Assembly (NCBI GenBank): GCA_963749705.1
Contig: CAVVNQ010000011.1
Coordinates: 63,634 to 127,633, forward strand
DNA from: an uncultured Chloroflexia bacterium
Lineage (GTDB): Bacteria; Chloroflexota; Limnocylindria; Limnocylindrales; CSP1-4
Direction: 5' to 3'
Length of the DNA stretch: 64,000 nt
This document shows positions 37,945-46,260 of this stretch, piece after piece. A program made the position numbers and the translations under genes. Positions within the stretch are counted from its first letter, which is position 1. Each line of letters opens with the position of its first letter. Below the pieces are notes generated by a model. The model was given only the letters and a program-made list of their open reading frames with translations, made no database searches and was not told the origin of the DNA.

Positions 37945-40706
37945 GCCGGCACCATCTCGATCTCCTGGGTCTCGACTCTGGTGGCCTCGAGGTGGGCGGC
38001 GACCTGGGCCACCGCGGCGCCGGCGTGGAGGATCGAGTCGGCGATGTCCTTGGCGCCCGATGCGGCGCCCGCCACGTAGACCCCCGGGATGCTCGTCTGG
38101 CCGGGGTTGAGGTCCTCCTCGGGCTCGTCCACGTAGCTCCACTGGTCGAGCGAGAGCTCCTCGACCTCGAACAGCTGCTCCGCGTCGCGGTTGGGCTGGA
38201 CGCCCACGGCCAGCACGACCAGGTCGTACTCCGCCTCGACGATCCCGCCGCCGTTCTCGATGTCCTCGTACTTGAGCACGAGGTCGCCGTTGGGCAGCTC
38301 GCGGATGTCCGCGACGCGGCCCTTGACGTAGTTGGCGCCCATCGACTTCGCCTGCTCGTAGAACTCGTCGTACCGCTTGCCCGGTGCCCGGATGTCCATG
38401 TAGTGGACGGTCACGTCGGCCAGCGGCAGGGCGCCCATGAGCAGCTGGTTCTGCTTGATCGAGTACATGCAGCAGAACCGCGAGCACAGGGGATTGCCGA
38501 CCGTCTCGTCTCGCGAGCCGGTGCACAGGACGTAGGCGATCCGGTCCGGGACCTTGCCATCGCCGGGCCGGAGGATCGTGTTGAACGGCCGGGTGGGCGC
38601 CAGCAGGCGGTCCATCTGCATCCCGGTGATCACGTTCTTGAACCGGCCGAAGCCGTACTCCGGCTTGAGGTCGGCGGCGAACAGCTTGAAGCCGGTCGAC
38701 ACGACGACCGCGCCGACCTCGACGTCATGCTGCCTGTCTCGCGCGTGGAGGTCGATGCAGCCGTCGACCGGGCAGGCCGCGACGCACTCGGAGCACTCCG
38801 AGCACACGGCACAGTCGAGGCAGCGGCCGGCGGATTCGCGGGCCTCGGCCTCGGTCAGGGGCGCCTCCACCTCGCGGAAGTCGGTCGGGGCGGCAACGAG
38901 CGTCGTGCCCTCGGATGCCGTGCGCCGGAGCGAGTAGCTCTTCTGGCGGGCCAGCACCTGCTCCTTGTCGACCACCGGCAGGCGGTCGTCGAAGCCGTCC
39001 ATCGTCCCGCCGGTCAGCCAGCGGTCGATCATGTGCGCGGCTCGCCGGCCCTCGCCGACGGCGCGCGTGATGTCGGTCGGCCCGTGGACGACGTCACCCG
39101 CCGCGAACACGAACGGGGTCGCGGTCTGGCACGTGGCCGGATCGGCGACCAGCAGGCCGTTGGTGCTCGTCGCGAGCCCGCCGGCGAAGGCGCTGGTGTC
39201 GGCCTTCATTCCGATCGCGCTGACGATGACCTCGCACGGGATGACGAACTCGCTGCCGGGGATCGGCTCCGGCCGTCGACGTCCGGAGGCGTCGGGTGCA
39301 CCGAGCGCCATCCGGGTGCAGCGCAGCCCGTTGACGGCGCCATTCTCGTCACCCACCACCTCGGCCGGTGTGACCTGGAGGCTGAACACGGCGCCTTCCT
39401 TCTCGGCGTCGTCGGCCTCGACGTGGTGGGCCGGCATCTCGTCCCGACCGCGCCGGTAGGCGACGGTCACCGATGCCGCGCCCAGGCGGCGCGCGGTTCG
39501 GGCCACGTCCATGGCCACGTTGCCGCCACCGACGACGACCACGCGGCGGCCGGCGACGTCGAGCGGCTCGCCGAGCTTGACCTTGCGCAGGAAGTCGGTG
39601 CCACCGAGCACGCCCAGGCGGTCCTCGCCCGGCACGCCCAGGTTGGTCGAGCGGTTCGTCCCGGTCGCGACCAGCACGGCGTCGAAGCCGTCGGTCCTGA
39701 GGCCCTCGAGGTCGCGGACGGGGCTGCTCGTCGCGATCTCGACCCCGATCGCGCGCACGTTGTCGATGTCGCGCTCGACGACCGCCTCGGGCAGGCGGTA
39801 GGACGGGATCGCGAGCCGGAGGTAGCCGCCCGGCTCGGGGGCGGCCTCGAAGATCTTCACGCCGTAGCCCTTGCGGGCGAGCTGCCAGGCCGCCGTCAGG
39901 CCGGCAGGCCCGGAGCCGACGATGGCCACCCTTCGTCCGTTCGCCGGCGCGACGTCGATCCCGGGGCCGTCGCCCGTGGTGTCGTGCACATCCGAAACGA
40001 ACCGCTTGAGGCGCCGGATCGGCAGGGTGCCCTCGAGCGAGCCACGGGTGCACTCGGATTCGCACGGCGCGTAGCAGGCCCGCCCGAGCGTGCCCACCAG
40101 GGGCGTCGCCTCGAGCACGAGGCGATACGCCTTCTCGTACTCGCCGCTCCGGATGAGCGACACGTAGCCATGCGCCTGGATCCCCGCCGGGCAGGCGAAC
40201 GAGCACGGTGAGCTGCCGGCACGGTCGATGACCGCCTTCTTGGGCACCGCCTGCGGGAACGCGATGTACGCGGCGCGGCGGGCCACCAGGTCGGCGTTGA
40301 ACTGGTCGGGCACGGCGACGGTGCACGCGGTCTCGCACTTGGCGCAGCCCGTGCAGGTCGCCTCGTCGACGTAGCGCGCCTTCTGGGTGACGGAGGCGTG
40401 GAAGCGGCCGTCCGCGGACCGCCGGATCCCGTCCACCCGGCTGTAGGTCATGGCCGTGATGTTCGGGTGGTGGATCGTCGCCGCCATCTTGGGCGTCGAG
40501 ATGCAGCTCGCGCAGTCGAGGGTCGGGAACACCTTGCTGAGCAGGATCATCTTCCCGCCCACGCTGGCTTCCTTCTCGACCAGCAGGACCTTGTAGCCCA
40601 TGTCGCCGAGCTTGAGGGCGGACTCCATGCCGCCGATGCCGCTGCCCACGACGAGGACGTCGTACCGCTCGCCGGCGGTCTCGGGCAGGTCGCAGGTCTG
40701 GGTCAT
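37941..40706 (-). CDS. Large HdrA (HdrL-like) with inserted GltD/NfnB-type NAD(P)H oxidoreductase module
   Basis: GSGIGG, FPTLDCASC, CxxCxxCxxxC, PCSFACP/GRACYAPCESEC, GSGPAG, GGGNVA..YRR, CTGSR..CSRFCC. Start may be GTG 40715. Confidence 0.9.
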   Translation of the reverse strand: MTQTCDLPETAGERYDVLVVGSGIGGMESALKLGDMGYKVLLVEKEASVGGKMILLSKVFPTLDCASCISTPKMAATIHHPNITAMTYSRVDGIRRSADGRFHASVTQKARYVDEATCTGCAKCETACTVAVPDQFNADLVARRAAYIAFPQAVPKKAVIDRAGSSPCSFACPAGIQAHGYVSLIRSGEYEKAYRLVLEATPLVGTLGRACYAPCESECTRGSLEGTLPIRRLKRFVSDVHDTTGDGPGIDVAPANGRRVAIVGSGPAGLTAAWQLARKGYGVKIFEAAPEPGGYLRLAIPSYRLPEAVVERDIDNVRAIGVEIATSSPVRDLEGLRTDGFDAVLVATGTNRSTNLGVPGEDRLGVLGGTDFLRKVKLGEPLDVAGRRVVVVGGGNVAMDVARTARRLGAASVTVAYRRGRDEMPAHHVEADDAEKEGAVFSLQVTPAEVVGDENGAVNGLRCTRMALGAPDASGRRRPEPIPGSEFVIPCEVIVSAIGMKADTSAFAGGLATSTNGLLVADPATCQTATPFVFAAGDVVHGPTDITRAVGEGRRAAHMIDRWLTGGTMDGFDDRLPVVDKEQVLARQKSYSLRRTASEGTTLVAAPTDFREVEAPLTEAEARESAGRCLDCAVCSECSECVAACPVDGCIDLHARDRQHDVEVGAVVVSTGFKLFAADLKPEYGFGRFKNVITGMQMDRLLAPTRPFNTILRPGDGKVPDRIAYVLCTGSRDETVGNPLCSRFCCMYSIKQNQLLMGALPLADVTVHYMDIRAPGKRYDEFYEQAKSMGANYVKGRVADIRELPNGDLVLKYEDIENGGGIVEAEYDLVVLAVGVQPNRDAEQLFEVEELSLDQWSYVDEPEEDLNPGQTSIPGVYVAGAASGAKDIADSILHAGAAVAQVAAHLEATRVETQEIEMVPA

Positions 40707-40711
40707 GGCCG

Positions 40712-41155
40712 TCACCTCGTCACCGCCGGGCCGAGCGCGGCGAGGGCCGTCGAGAAGCCCTGGACATGCCGCGTGAATGGCTCGGCGCAGACCGAGCAGA
40801 TGGCCGCCATCCGCAGCCGCTGCGGATCGATCCCGAGCTCGCGCATCCGTGCCTGCGACTGGCTCATGATCCGCGAGGACCGTTCGGCGCAGTCGGGCAG
40901 GTAGGCGCATTCGTCCCCGTCGGATGCGACGAACACGCCGTCGAACCCGGTCTGCAGCGCATGCAGGATCCACGCCGGGCGGATCCCGCTCGTGCACGGC
41001 AGGCCGATGACGTCGACGCCCGGCGAGTAGTGCATGTGCGAGCTGCCGGCCAGGTCGATCCCCGGGTCGGAGATGTTGTTCGTGGAGAACACGAGGATCC
41101 GGGGCACGAAGGTGTCTCCGGGAGCTCGCGGCTCGGTCTCGACGGGGGCGGTCAT
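40712..41155 (-). CDS. mvhD: MvhD/FlpD-like subunit with altered Cys pattern
   Basis: 'RILVFSTNNISDPGIDLAG...LPCTSG...ALQTGFDGVFV...GIDPQRL'. Confidence 0.82.
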   Translation of the reverse strand: MTAPVETEPRAPGDTFVPRILVFSTNNISDPGIDLAGSSHMHYSPGVDVIGLPCTSGIRPAWILHALQTGFDGVFVASDGDECAYLPDCAERSSRIMSQSQARMRELGIDPQRLRMAAICSVCAEPFTRHVQGFSTALAALGPAVTR

Positions 41156-41218
41156 CGGATTGCGGCTCCTTGGCCGGGTCCGCGGGGCGCGTGCGCGCCC
41201 CGCGTCGGCCGAAACGGG

Positions 41219-41479
41219 TTACTTGCGGCGAATGACGAGCACGCGGTCGTAGCCTTCGGCTGCGATCGTGCCCAGGAACTCGTGGCCGACCTTGGCCGAC
41301 CAGGCGCCGATGTCGGTCTTGGTAACCGGATCGGTTGACCAGATCTCGATCACGGAGCCGACGGGAACGGTGCCCATCCCCTTCTTGGCCTCGAGCAGCG
41401 GGCCGGGGCAGGCGGCGCCACGGGCGTCGATGACCTTGGCGGCCTGGATGGTCTCGAGCTCGGCAAGTGTTGCTGTCAT
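41219..41479 (-). CDS. tusA: TusA family sulfur carrier
   Basis: 'IDARGAACPGP', 'STDP...DI.AW...GHE'. Confidence 0.93.
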   Translation of the reverse strand: MTATLAELETIQAAKVIDARGAACPGPLLEAKKGMGTVPVGSVIEIWSTDPVTKTDIGAWSAKVGHEFLGTIAAEGYDRVLVIRRK

Positions 41480-41493
41480 CGGAATTCGATCTC

Positions 41494-41865
41494 CTAGTAG
41501 ACGAGGCTGTTGGTTGCGGACGTGATCTCGGCCACGAAGCGGCCGGCGGCCACGACCTCGGCGCCGGCGACCAGGTCGTCCGGTGCGACGATGCCGCGGC
41601 TGTTGATGCAGGGGCCGCAGACGAGCAGCTGCGCGCCCAGCTCCCGGACGTCGTCGAGGAGCCTGGCCAGCGGCGGGAAGCCGTCGGCCGCGACCGTTTC
41701 CGCGACGCCGCGCCGGACGAGCTCGACGCCGTTGGCCTGAAACCCGAGCACGACGGCGACGTCAGAGGCCAGCGCCGCCCCCGCCATCACGAACGGGATC
41801 GTCGCGTGCTCCGGGTGGTCCGGCCCGTGCGTCACCATGAACACGAGCTTTTCCGCGTCGGCCAT
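41494..41865 (-). CDS. DsrE family sulfur-relay protein
   Basis: 'THGPDHPEHATIPF', 'LVCGPC'. Confidence 0.88.
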   Translation of the reverse strand: MADAEKLVFMVTHGPDHPEHATIPFVMAGAALASDVAVVLGFQANGVELVRRGVAETVAADGFPPLARLLDDVRELGAQLLVCGPCINSRGIVAPDDLVAGAEVVAAGRFVAEITSATNSLVY

Positions 41866-41902
41866 GAACGGTGCTCCTTGCCTTGCGCTCCGAACGGAGC
41901 TG

Positions 41903-42310
41903 TCAGATGAACAGGACCTGGCCGCCCTCGGCGGCCATGAGGAAGGTGGCGATGCCGCCCGAGTCGTCGACCAGCGGGTCGAGCGTCGTGGCGTCGATGC
42001 CCAGCACCTCGAGCGACCCTGCGCAGGCCAGGATCGAGACCTCGCCCAGCTCCTTGGCCATCCGGAACGTATCGAGCCACGGGATCGCGGCCGTCCCCGC
42101 GACGGGCTTGGTCCTGCCGGGTGCCCCGGCGTCGAAGGCGAGGCCCTGGTCCGCGTCGATCCGCTCGGACCGGAACGCGTCGAGCGCCCAGTACTGGAGC
42201 AGGATGTTGACCGGGCGGTCCATGGCTGCCGCGCCCGCGGCCAGCGTCGCGGCGGCGTGCAGCTTGTCTGCGGTGCCGGAGAACAGGACGATGGACAGGG
42301 TGTCGCTCAC
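41903..42310 (-). CDS. DsrE2/DrsE-like protein
   Basis: 'SIVLFSGTADK...GAAAM...WAL', 'ILAC', 'GIATFL..A...LFI'; GTGA-coupled to arsR. Confidence 0.88.
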   Translation of the reverse strand: MSDTLSIVLFSGTADKLHAAATLAAGAAAMDRPVNILLQYWALDAFRSERIDADQGLAFDAGAPGRTKPVAGTAAIPWLDTFRMAKELGEVSILACAGSLEVLGIDATTLDPLVDDSGGIATFLMAAEGGQVLFI

Positions 42311-42690
42311 GGATGACCTACCTGGCTGGGGGTGACGGGCTCGCGTCGCGGGAGATCCGTCGTGGGTGTGGCGCGCGCGGCGGCGTTGGCGAGGTCGCCC
42401 ATCGACGACAGGCGGCGGACGAGGACGGCGCGCATGAGCTCGCAGGCGGCGAGGATCTCGGGGTCGCTGAGGCCATATCGAACGGAGCGCCCCTCGCGGG
42501 TCGCCTCGACGAGCCCGACTGCACGCATCGAGCCCAGGTGCTGCGAGACCGTCGCCTGCCCCATGCCGAGCTCGCGGGCCAGCTCGTTGACCTCGCGCGA
42601 CCGCTCGCCCAGCAGCTGGACGATCCGCAGCCGGTGCGGGCTGGCGAGCGCGCGCAGGAGCGACGTCTGGATCTGGTCGATCTCCGTCAT
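42307..42690 (-). CDS. ArsR/SmtB family regulator with a single C-terminal Cys (candidate persulfide sensor)
   Basis: 'LRALASPHRLRIV...VSQHL..MR..GLV...REG...Y...ILAACELMR'. Confidence 0.9.
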   Translation of the reverse strand: MTEIDQIQTSLLRALASPHRLRIVQLLGERSREVNELARELGMGQATVSQHLGSMRAVGLVEATREGRSVRYGLSDPEILAACELMRAVLVRRLSSMGDLANAAARATPTTDLPRREPVTPSQVGHP

Positions 42691-42870
42691 CTCGCTGGCC
42701 GTACCTCGCCGTTACATCTCTCGAGATATTCATGCACCATGCATGTGTGCACTGCTGGTATATGTCATCGACACTTATAAGGTACGGGTCATCTGTCACC
42801 TGAACGGCCCGCGGTCCCGGGTTCCGGCGGGCCATCCGGATCGGCGGGTCGTGCCCCAACGGCCCATCCG

Positions 42871-42894
42871 ACATCTCAGCGCAGCGTGAGATGT
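42871..42894. promoter_or_regulatory. Inverted repeat ACATCTCA-N8-TGAGATGT, candidate ArsR operator
   Basis: Perfect 8-bp arms immediately upstream of the second arsR. Confidence 0.65.
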
Positions 42895-42901
42895 TTCACC
42901 C

Positions 42902-43231
42902 GTGACCACACCACTGCCCGTGATCCCCACGCCCCGGCTGGACCTGCCGGCACCCGACGTGTCCGCGGCGTCCGCGGCTGCGGCCCTGCTCGCCGACCCG
43001 GTGCGGGCCGGAATCCTGCACCTGCTCGCCGACGGGCCGCACTGCGTGTGCGAGCTTGCGGCGACGCTGGGCGCGCGCGAGAACAACGTCAGCAACCACC
43101 TGGCGCGGCTCCGTGACGCGGGCCTCGTGCGGGCCAGCCGCCACCAGGCGAACGCGCGCTTCCTGTACTACGAGCGCGACGACGATGCGGTGGCGGGGGC
43201 ACGCGCCGCGCTCGACGAGGTGCTGCGGTGA
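42902..43231 (+). CDS. arsR: ArsR family As(III)-type regulator
   Basis: Alpha3 motif HCVCEL; '[14 protein letters not shown]'. Confidence 0.88.
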   Translation: MTTPLPVIPTPRLDLPAPDVSAASAAAALLADPVRAGILHLLADGPHCVCELAATLGARENNVSNHLARLRDAGLVRASRHQANARFLYYERDDDAVAGARAALDEVLR

Positions 43232-44268
43232 CGGTCATCGCGGTCCGCCGTCCGCACCTCCCGCTGGGACTCATCGTCGCCCTGGCCGCGGTCGCCTGGG
43301 TCGTCGCATGGCAGGTCAACCTGCCCGCCGCGGACTGGCTCGCGTACCACGGGCTCGGGCTCGAGCGCGGGTCGCAGGCCGGCGACGCGATCGCGTTCTT
43401 CGCCTACGACGTGCCCAAGGTGCTGCTGCTGCTCACCGGGATCGTCACCGTCGTGTCGTTCCTGCGCTCGTTCGTGTCGCCCGAGCGTGTGCGGCGAACG
43501 CTCGCCGGCCGTGGTGTCCTACCCGGCACCGTAGCCGCCGCCGGCTTCGGCGTCCTGACGCCGTTCTGCTCGTGCTCGGCGGTCCCGCTGTTCATCGGGT
43601 TCGTCGAGGCGGGCGTCCCTCTGGGCGTCACGTTCGCGTTCCTGGTGGCCAGCCCGATGGTCAACGAGGTTGCCCTGGTCCTGCTGTGGGGCCTGTTCGG
43701 ACCCTCGATCGCGATCGCCTACATGGCGGCCGGGCTCGCGGTCGCGATCGCGGCCGGGCTGCTCATCGGCCGGCTCGGGCTTGAGCGGTATGTCGAGGAC
43801 TACGTGTGGGCGATCCGGGCCGGCGCCGGCATCGCCGACGTCCGTCCCACCCTGGACGAGCGTGTTCGCGACGCCTGGCGATCCACCGTCGATATCGTGC
43901 GCCGGGTATGGCCGTTCGTCGTGGCCGGGATCGCCGTCGGCGCCCTGATCCACGGGTTCGTGCCCACGTCCCTGGTGGTGGAGCTCGGCGGCCGCGACAA
44001 CCCGGTCGCCGTGCCGGCGCTGGTGGCCCTCGGCGTCCCGCTGTACAGCAACGCGGCCGGCACGATCCCGGTGATCGAGGCGCTCCTGGGCAAGGGGCTC
44101 CCGCTCGGGTCGGCGCTCGCGTTCATGATGGCCGTCACGGCGCTGTCCTTCCCCGAGCTGGTCATCCTGCGTCGGGTCATGAAGCCGCGGCTGCTGGCCG
44201 CGTTCGTCGTCATCGTCGCCGCCGGCATCCTGGCCGTCGGCTACGGGTTCAACCTGTTCCTCGCCTGA
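43228..44268 (+). CDS. DUF318 / ArsP family permease
   Basis: '[10 protein letters not shown]', 'ASPMVNE', '[10 protein letters not shown]', 'ALSFPE'. Confidence 0.92.
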   Translation: MTVIAVRRPHLPLGLIVALAAVAWVVAWQVNLPAADWLAYHGLGLERGSQAGDAIAFFAYDVPKVLLLLTGIVTVVSFLRSFVSPERVRRTLAGRGVLPGTVAAAGFGVLTPFCSCSAVPLFIGFVEAGVPLGVTFAFLVASPMVNEVALVLLWGLFGPSIAIAYMAAGLAVAIAAGLLIGRLGLERYVEDYVWAIRAGAGIADVRPTLDERVRDAWRSTVDIVRRVWPFVVAGIAVGALIHGFVPTSLVVELGGRDNPVAVPALVALGVPLYSNAAGTIPVIEALLGKGLPLGSALAFMMAVTALSFPELVILRRVMKPRLLAAFVVIVAAGILAVGYGFNLFLA

Positions 44269-44279
44269 AGGAGATCACC

Positions 44280-44519
44280 GTGCACGTCATCGAGGTCCTC
44301 GGATCCGGCTGCCAGAAGTGCCAGCACGTCGAGAAGGTCGTCCGCGAGGTGGTGGACGCCGCCGGGCTCGAGGCCGAGGTCCGGCACGTGACGGACTACG
44401 CCGAGATCGCGGCGCGCGGCGTGCTGTCGACCCCCGGGCTGGTCGTCGACGGCGAGGTCGTGATGGCCGGCCGGATCCCGACCCGCGACCAGGTTGCCGC
44501 CTGGCTGGGCATCGCCTGA
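44280..44519 (+). CDS. Small redox-active disulfide protein (MTH895-like thioredoxin)
   Basis: 'VLGSGCQKC', 'STPGLVVDG...GRIP'; SD AAGGAG. Confidence 0.92.
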   Translation: MHVIEVLGSGCQKCQHVEKVVREVVDAAGLEAEVRHVTDYAEIAARGVLSTPGLVVDGEVVMAGRIPTRDQVAAWLGIA

Positions 44520-44646
44520 GCGAGGACCGTTCATCGCGGGCCGTCGCCGGTCAGGCCCGGCTCTGTCGTGTCGTCGAACCTCGGCGCTTCGTCGTACCCT
44601 GTCCGGACGCACGGACGGGCGGGCCCTTCCCGCCAGGAGGAACGCG

Positions 44647-45750
44647 ATGGCCACGCGACACGCGCTGCTGCTCGGTACCCCCAAGGGTGCCTTCGTCCTC
44701 GACGGCGACGGAGACCGCCGGTCATGGTCGCTTCGCGGGCCGCTGTGCGACGGCTGGCCGATCCACGACGTCACCCGGGACGCAGCATCGGGCGCGATCC
44801 TCGCCGGTGGTGGCAGCCCGTGGTACGGCCCGGCGGTCTGGCGAAGCGATGACCAGGGCGCGACCTGGACCCATTCGAGCGAGGGGCTGAGCTACGGCGA
44901 CGCGGGCCCCAAGGTCGCGACGGTATGGAACGTCACCGCGGCGCACGGGGTCATCTACGCGGGCGTCGAGCCCGCGGGCCTGTTCCGGAGTCATGACGGC
45001 GGACGCACCTGGGAGCACGTCGAGGGGTTGACGAACCACCCGACGCGACCGGAGTGGCAGCCGGGTGCCGGCGGCCTGTGCCTGCACTCGATCGTCCCCC
45101 ACCGCGAGGATCCCGACCGGATGTGGGTCGCTGCGTCCGCGGTCGGCGCGTTCGAGACGCGGGACGGCGGCCGGACGTGGGAGACGCGCAACCGCGGCGT
45201 TCGTGCGGACTGGCACCCGGACAAGTACCCCGACTTCGGGCAGTGCGTCCACAAGCTGGTCATGGCCGCGGATGGCGGCGAGCACCTCTACCAGCAGAAC
45301 CACTGCGGCGTGTACCGGTCGTCGGACGGCGGGCTGCAATGGGAGGAGATCAGCAACGGGCTGCCGTCGGACTTCGGGTTCCCGATGGCCAGCCATCCCC
45401 GCGACCCGCTGACCGCCTGGACCATCCCGCTCAACGGCGCCGACCGTGGCCGGTACATGCCCGACGCCAGCGCGGCGGTATGGCGCACGCACGACGGCGG
45501 TGACACCTGGGTCCGGTCCGGCGACGGGCTGCCGCAGCACGAGGCCTTCCTGGGCGTGCTTCGCGAGGCGATGAGCGTGGATGACCGCGACCCGGCGGGC
45601 GTGTACTTCGGCACCAGCACCGGGCAGGTGTACGGCAGCGTGGACGAGGGACGGAGCTGGTCCCTGCTCGCCGACAACCTGCCGCCGATCTGGTCGGTCG
45701 AGGCCGCCTCCGCAGAGGCCGCCTCCGCAGATGCCGCCGTCGTTGGCTGA
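44647..45750 (+). CDS. BNR/Asp-box beta-propeller protein
   Basis: Repeated S/T-x-D-G-G-x-T-W Asp boxes; 'GTPKG', 'QCVHK', 'QNHCG'; no signal peptide. Confidence 0.9.
   Translation: MATRHALLLGTPKGAFVLDGDGDRRSWSLRGPLCDGWPIHDVTRDAASGAILAGGGSPWYGPAVWRSDDQGATWTHSSEGLSYGDAGPKVATVWNVTAAHGVIYAGVEPAGLFRSHDGGRTWEHVEGLTNHPTRPEWQPGAGGLCLHSIVPHREDPDRMWVAASAVGAFETRDGGRTWETRNRGVRADWHPDKYPDFGQCVHKLVMAADGGEHLYQQNHCGVYRSSDGGLQWEEISNGLPSDFGFPMASHPRDPLTAWTIPLNGADRGRYMPDASAAVWRTHDGGDTWVRSGDGLPQHEAFLGVLREAMSVDDRDPAGVYFGTSTGQVYGSVDEGRSWSLLADNLPPIWSVEAASAEAASADAAVVG
45700..45744. repeat. 15-bp tandem repeat (2 perfect + 1 degenerate) at a gene junction
   Basis: gaggccgcctccgca x2, then gatgccgccgtcgtt. Confidence 0.75.
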
Positions 45751-46024
45751 CCAGGTCCCGGGCGTCGTCGTCCACCTGCCGCGGTCGCTGGTCGCGCTGT
45801 TCCCGGGGACCGAGCGTCGGATGGAGGCCAGCGGGCGGACCGTGGCCGAGGTGATCGACGACCTCGACGCGCGCGTCCCCGGGCTGCGCAACCGCCTGGT
45901 CGATGCCGGGCCTACCATCCGGACCCACCTCAACGTGTTCGTCGCGGGCGAGCGATCCGGTCTCGATGCGCCGGTCTCGCCCGGTGACGACATCCATGTC
46001 ATCCCCGCGGTGTCGGGCGGCTGA
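45731..46024 (+). CDS. MoaD/ThiS family ubiquitin-like protein
   Basis: Beta-grasp pattern with C-terminal PAVSGG; start uncertain (45731 or 45743). Confidence 0.88.
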   Translation: MPPSLADQVPGVVVHLPRSLVALFPGTERRMEASGRTVAEVIDDLDARVPGLRNRLVDAGPTIRTHLNVFVAGERSGLDAPVSPGDDIHVIPAVSGG

Positions 46025-46260
46025 CGGCGCAGGATCACGGGACGACCCGGGTGTCGGCGCCGCGGTCCCGGCCGCGACCGGCGGATCGGCCCCCTCCGCG
46101 GGGGCCGCATCGGCCGCCGACTCGCCATCCGGCCCCTTGTGATCGACGGGCGGCTGGCCGACCCTTGACATCGCACGACCGCGCATCCGATCGGAGGTCG
46201 CGCCTTCCATCGCCGCCCAGCCGCGCCCACCCGGGGCGCCCGTCCAGAGGTCCCGCACCG

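Noticed and set aside
36124-41155. Selenocysteine recoding in HdrA/MvhD
   Set aside because: The frames are open, with no in-frame TGA at Cys positions.
34674-42310. Reading the cluster as evidence of methanogenesis or dissimilatory sulfate reduction
   Set aside because: No hdrB, mvhAG, aprAB, sat or dsrAB is present in the window.
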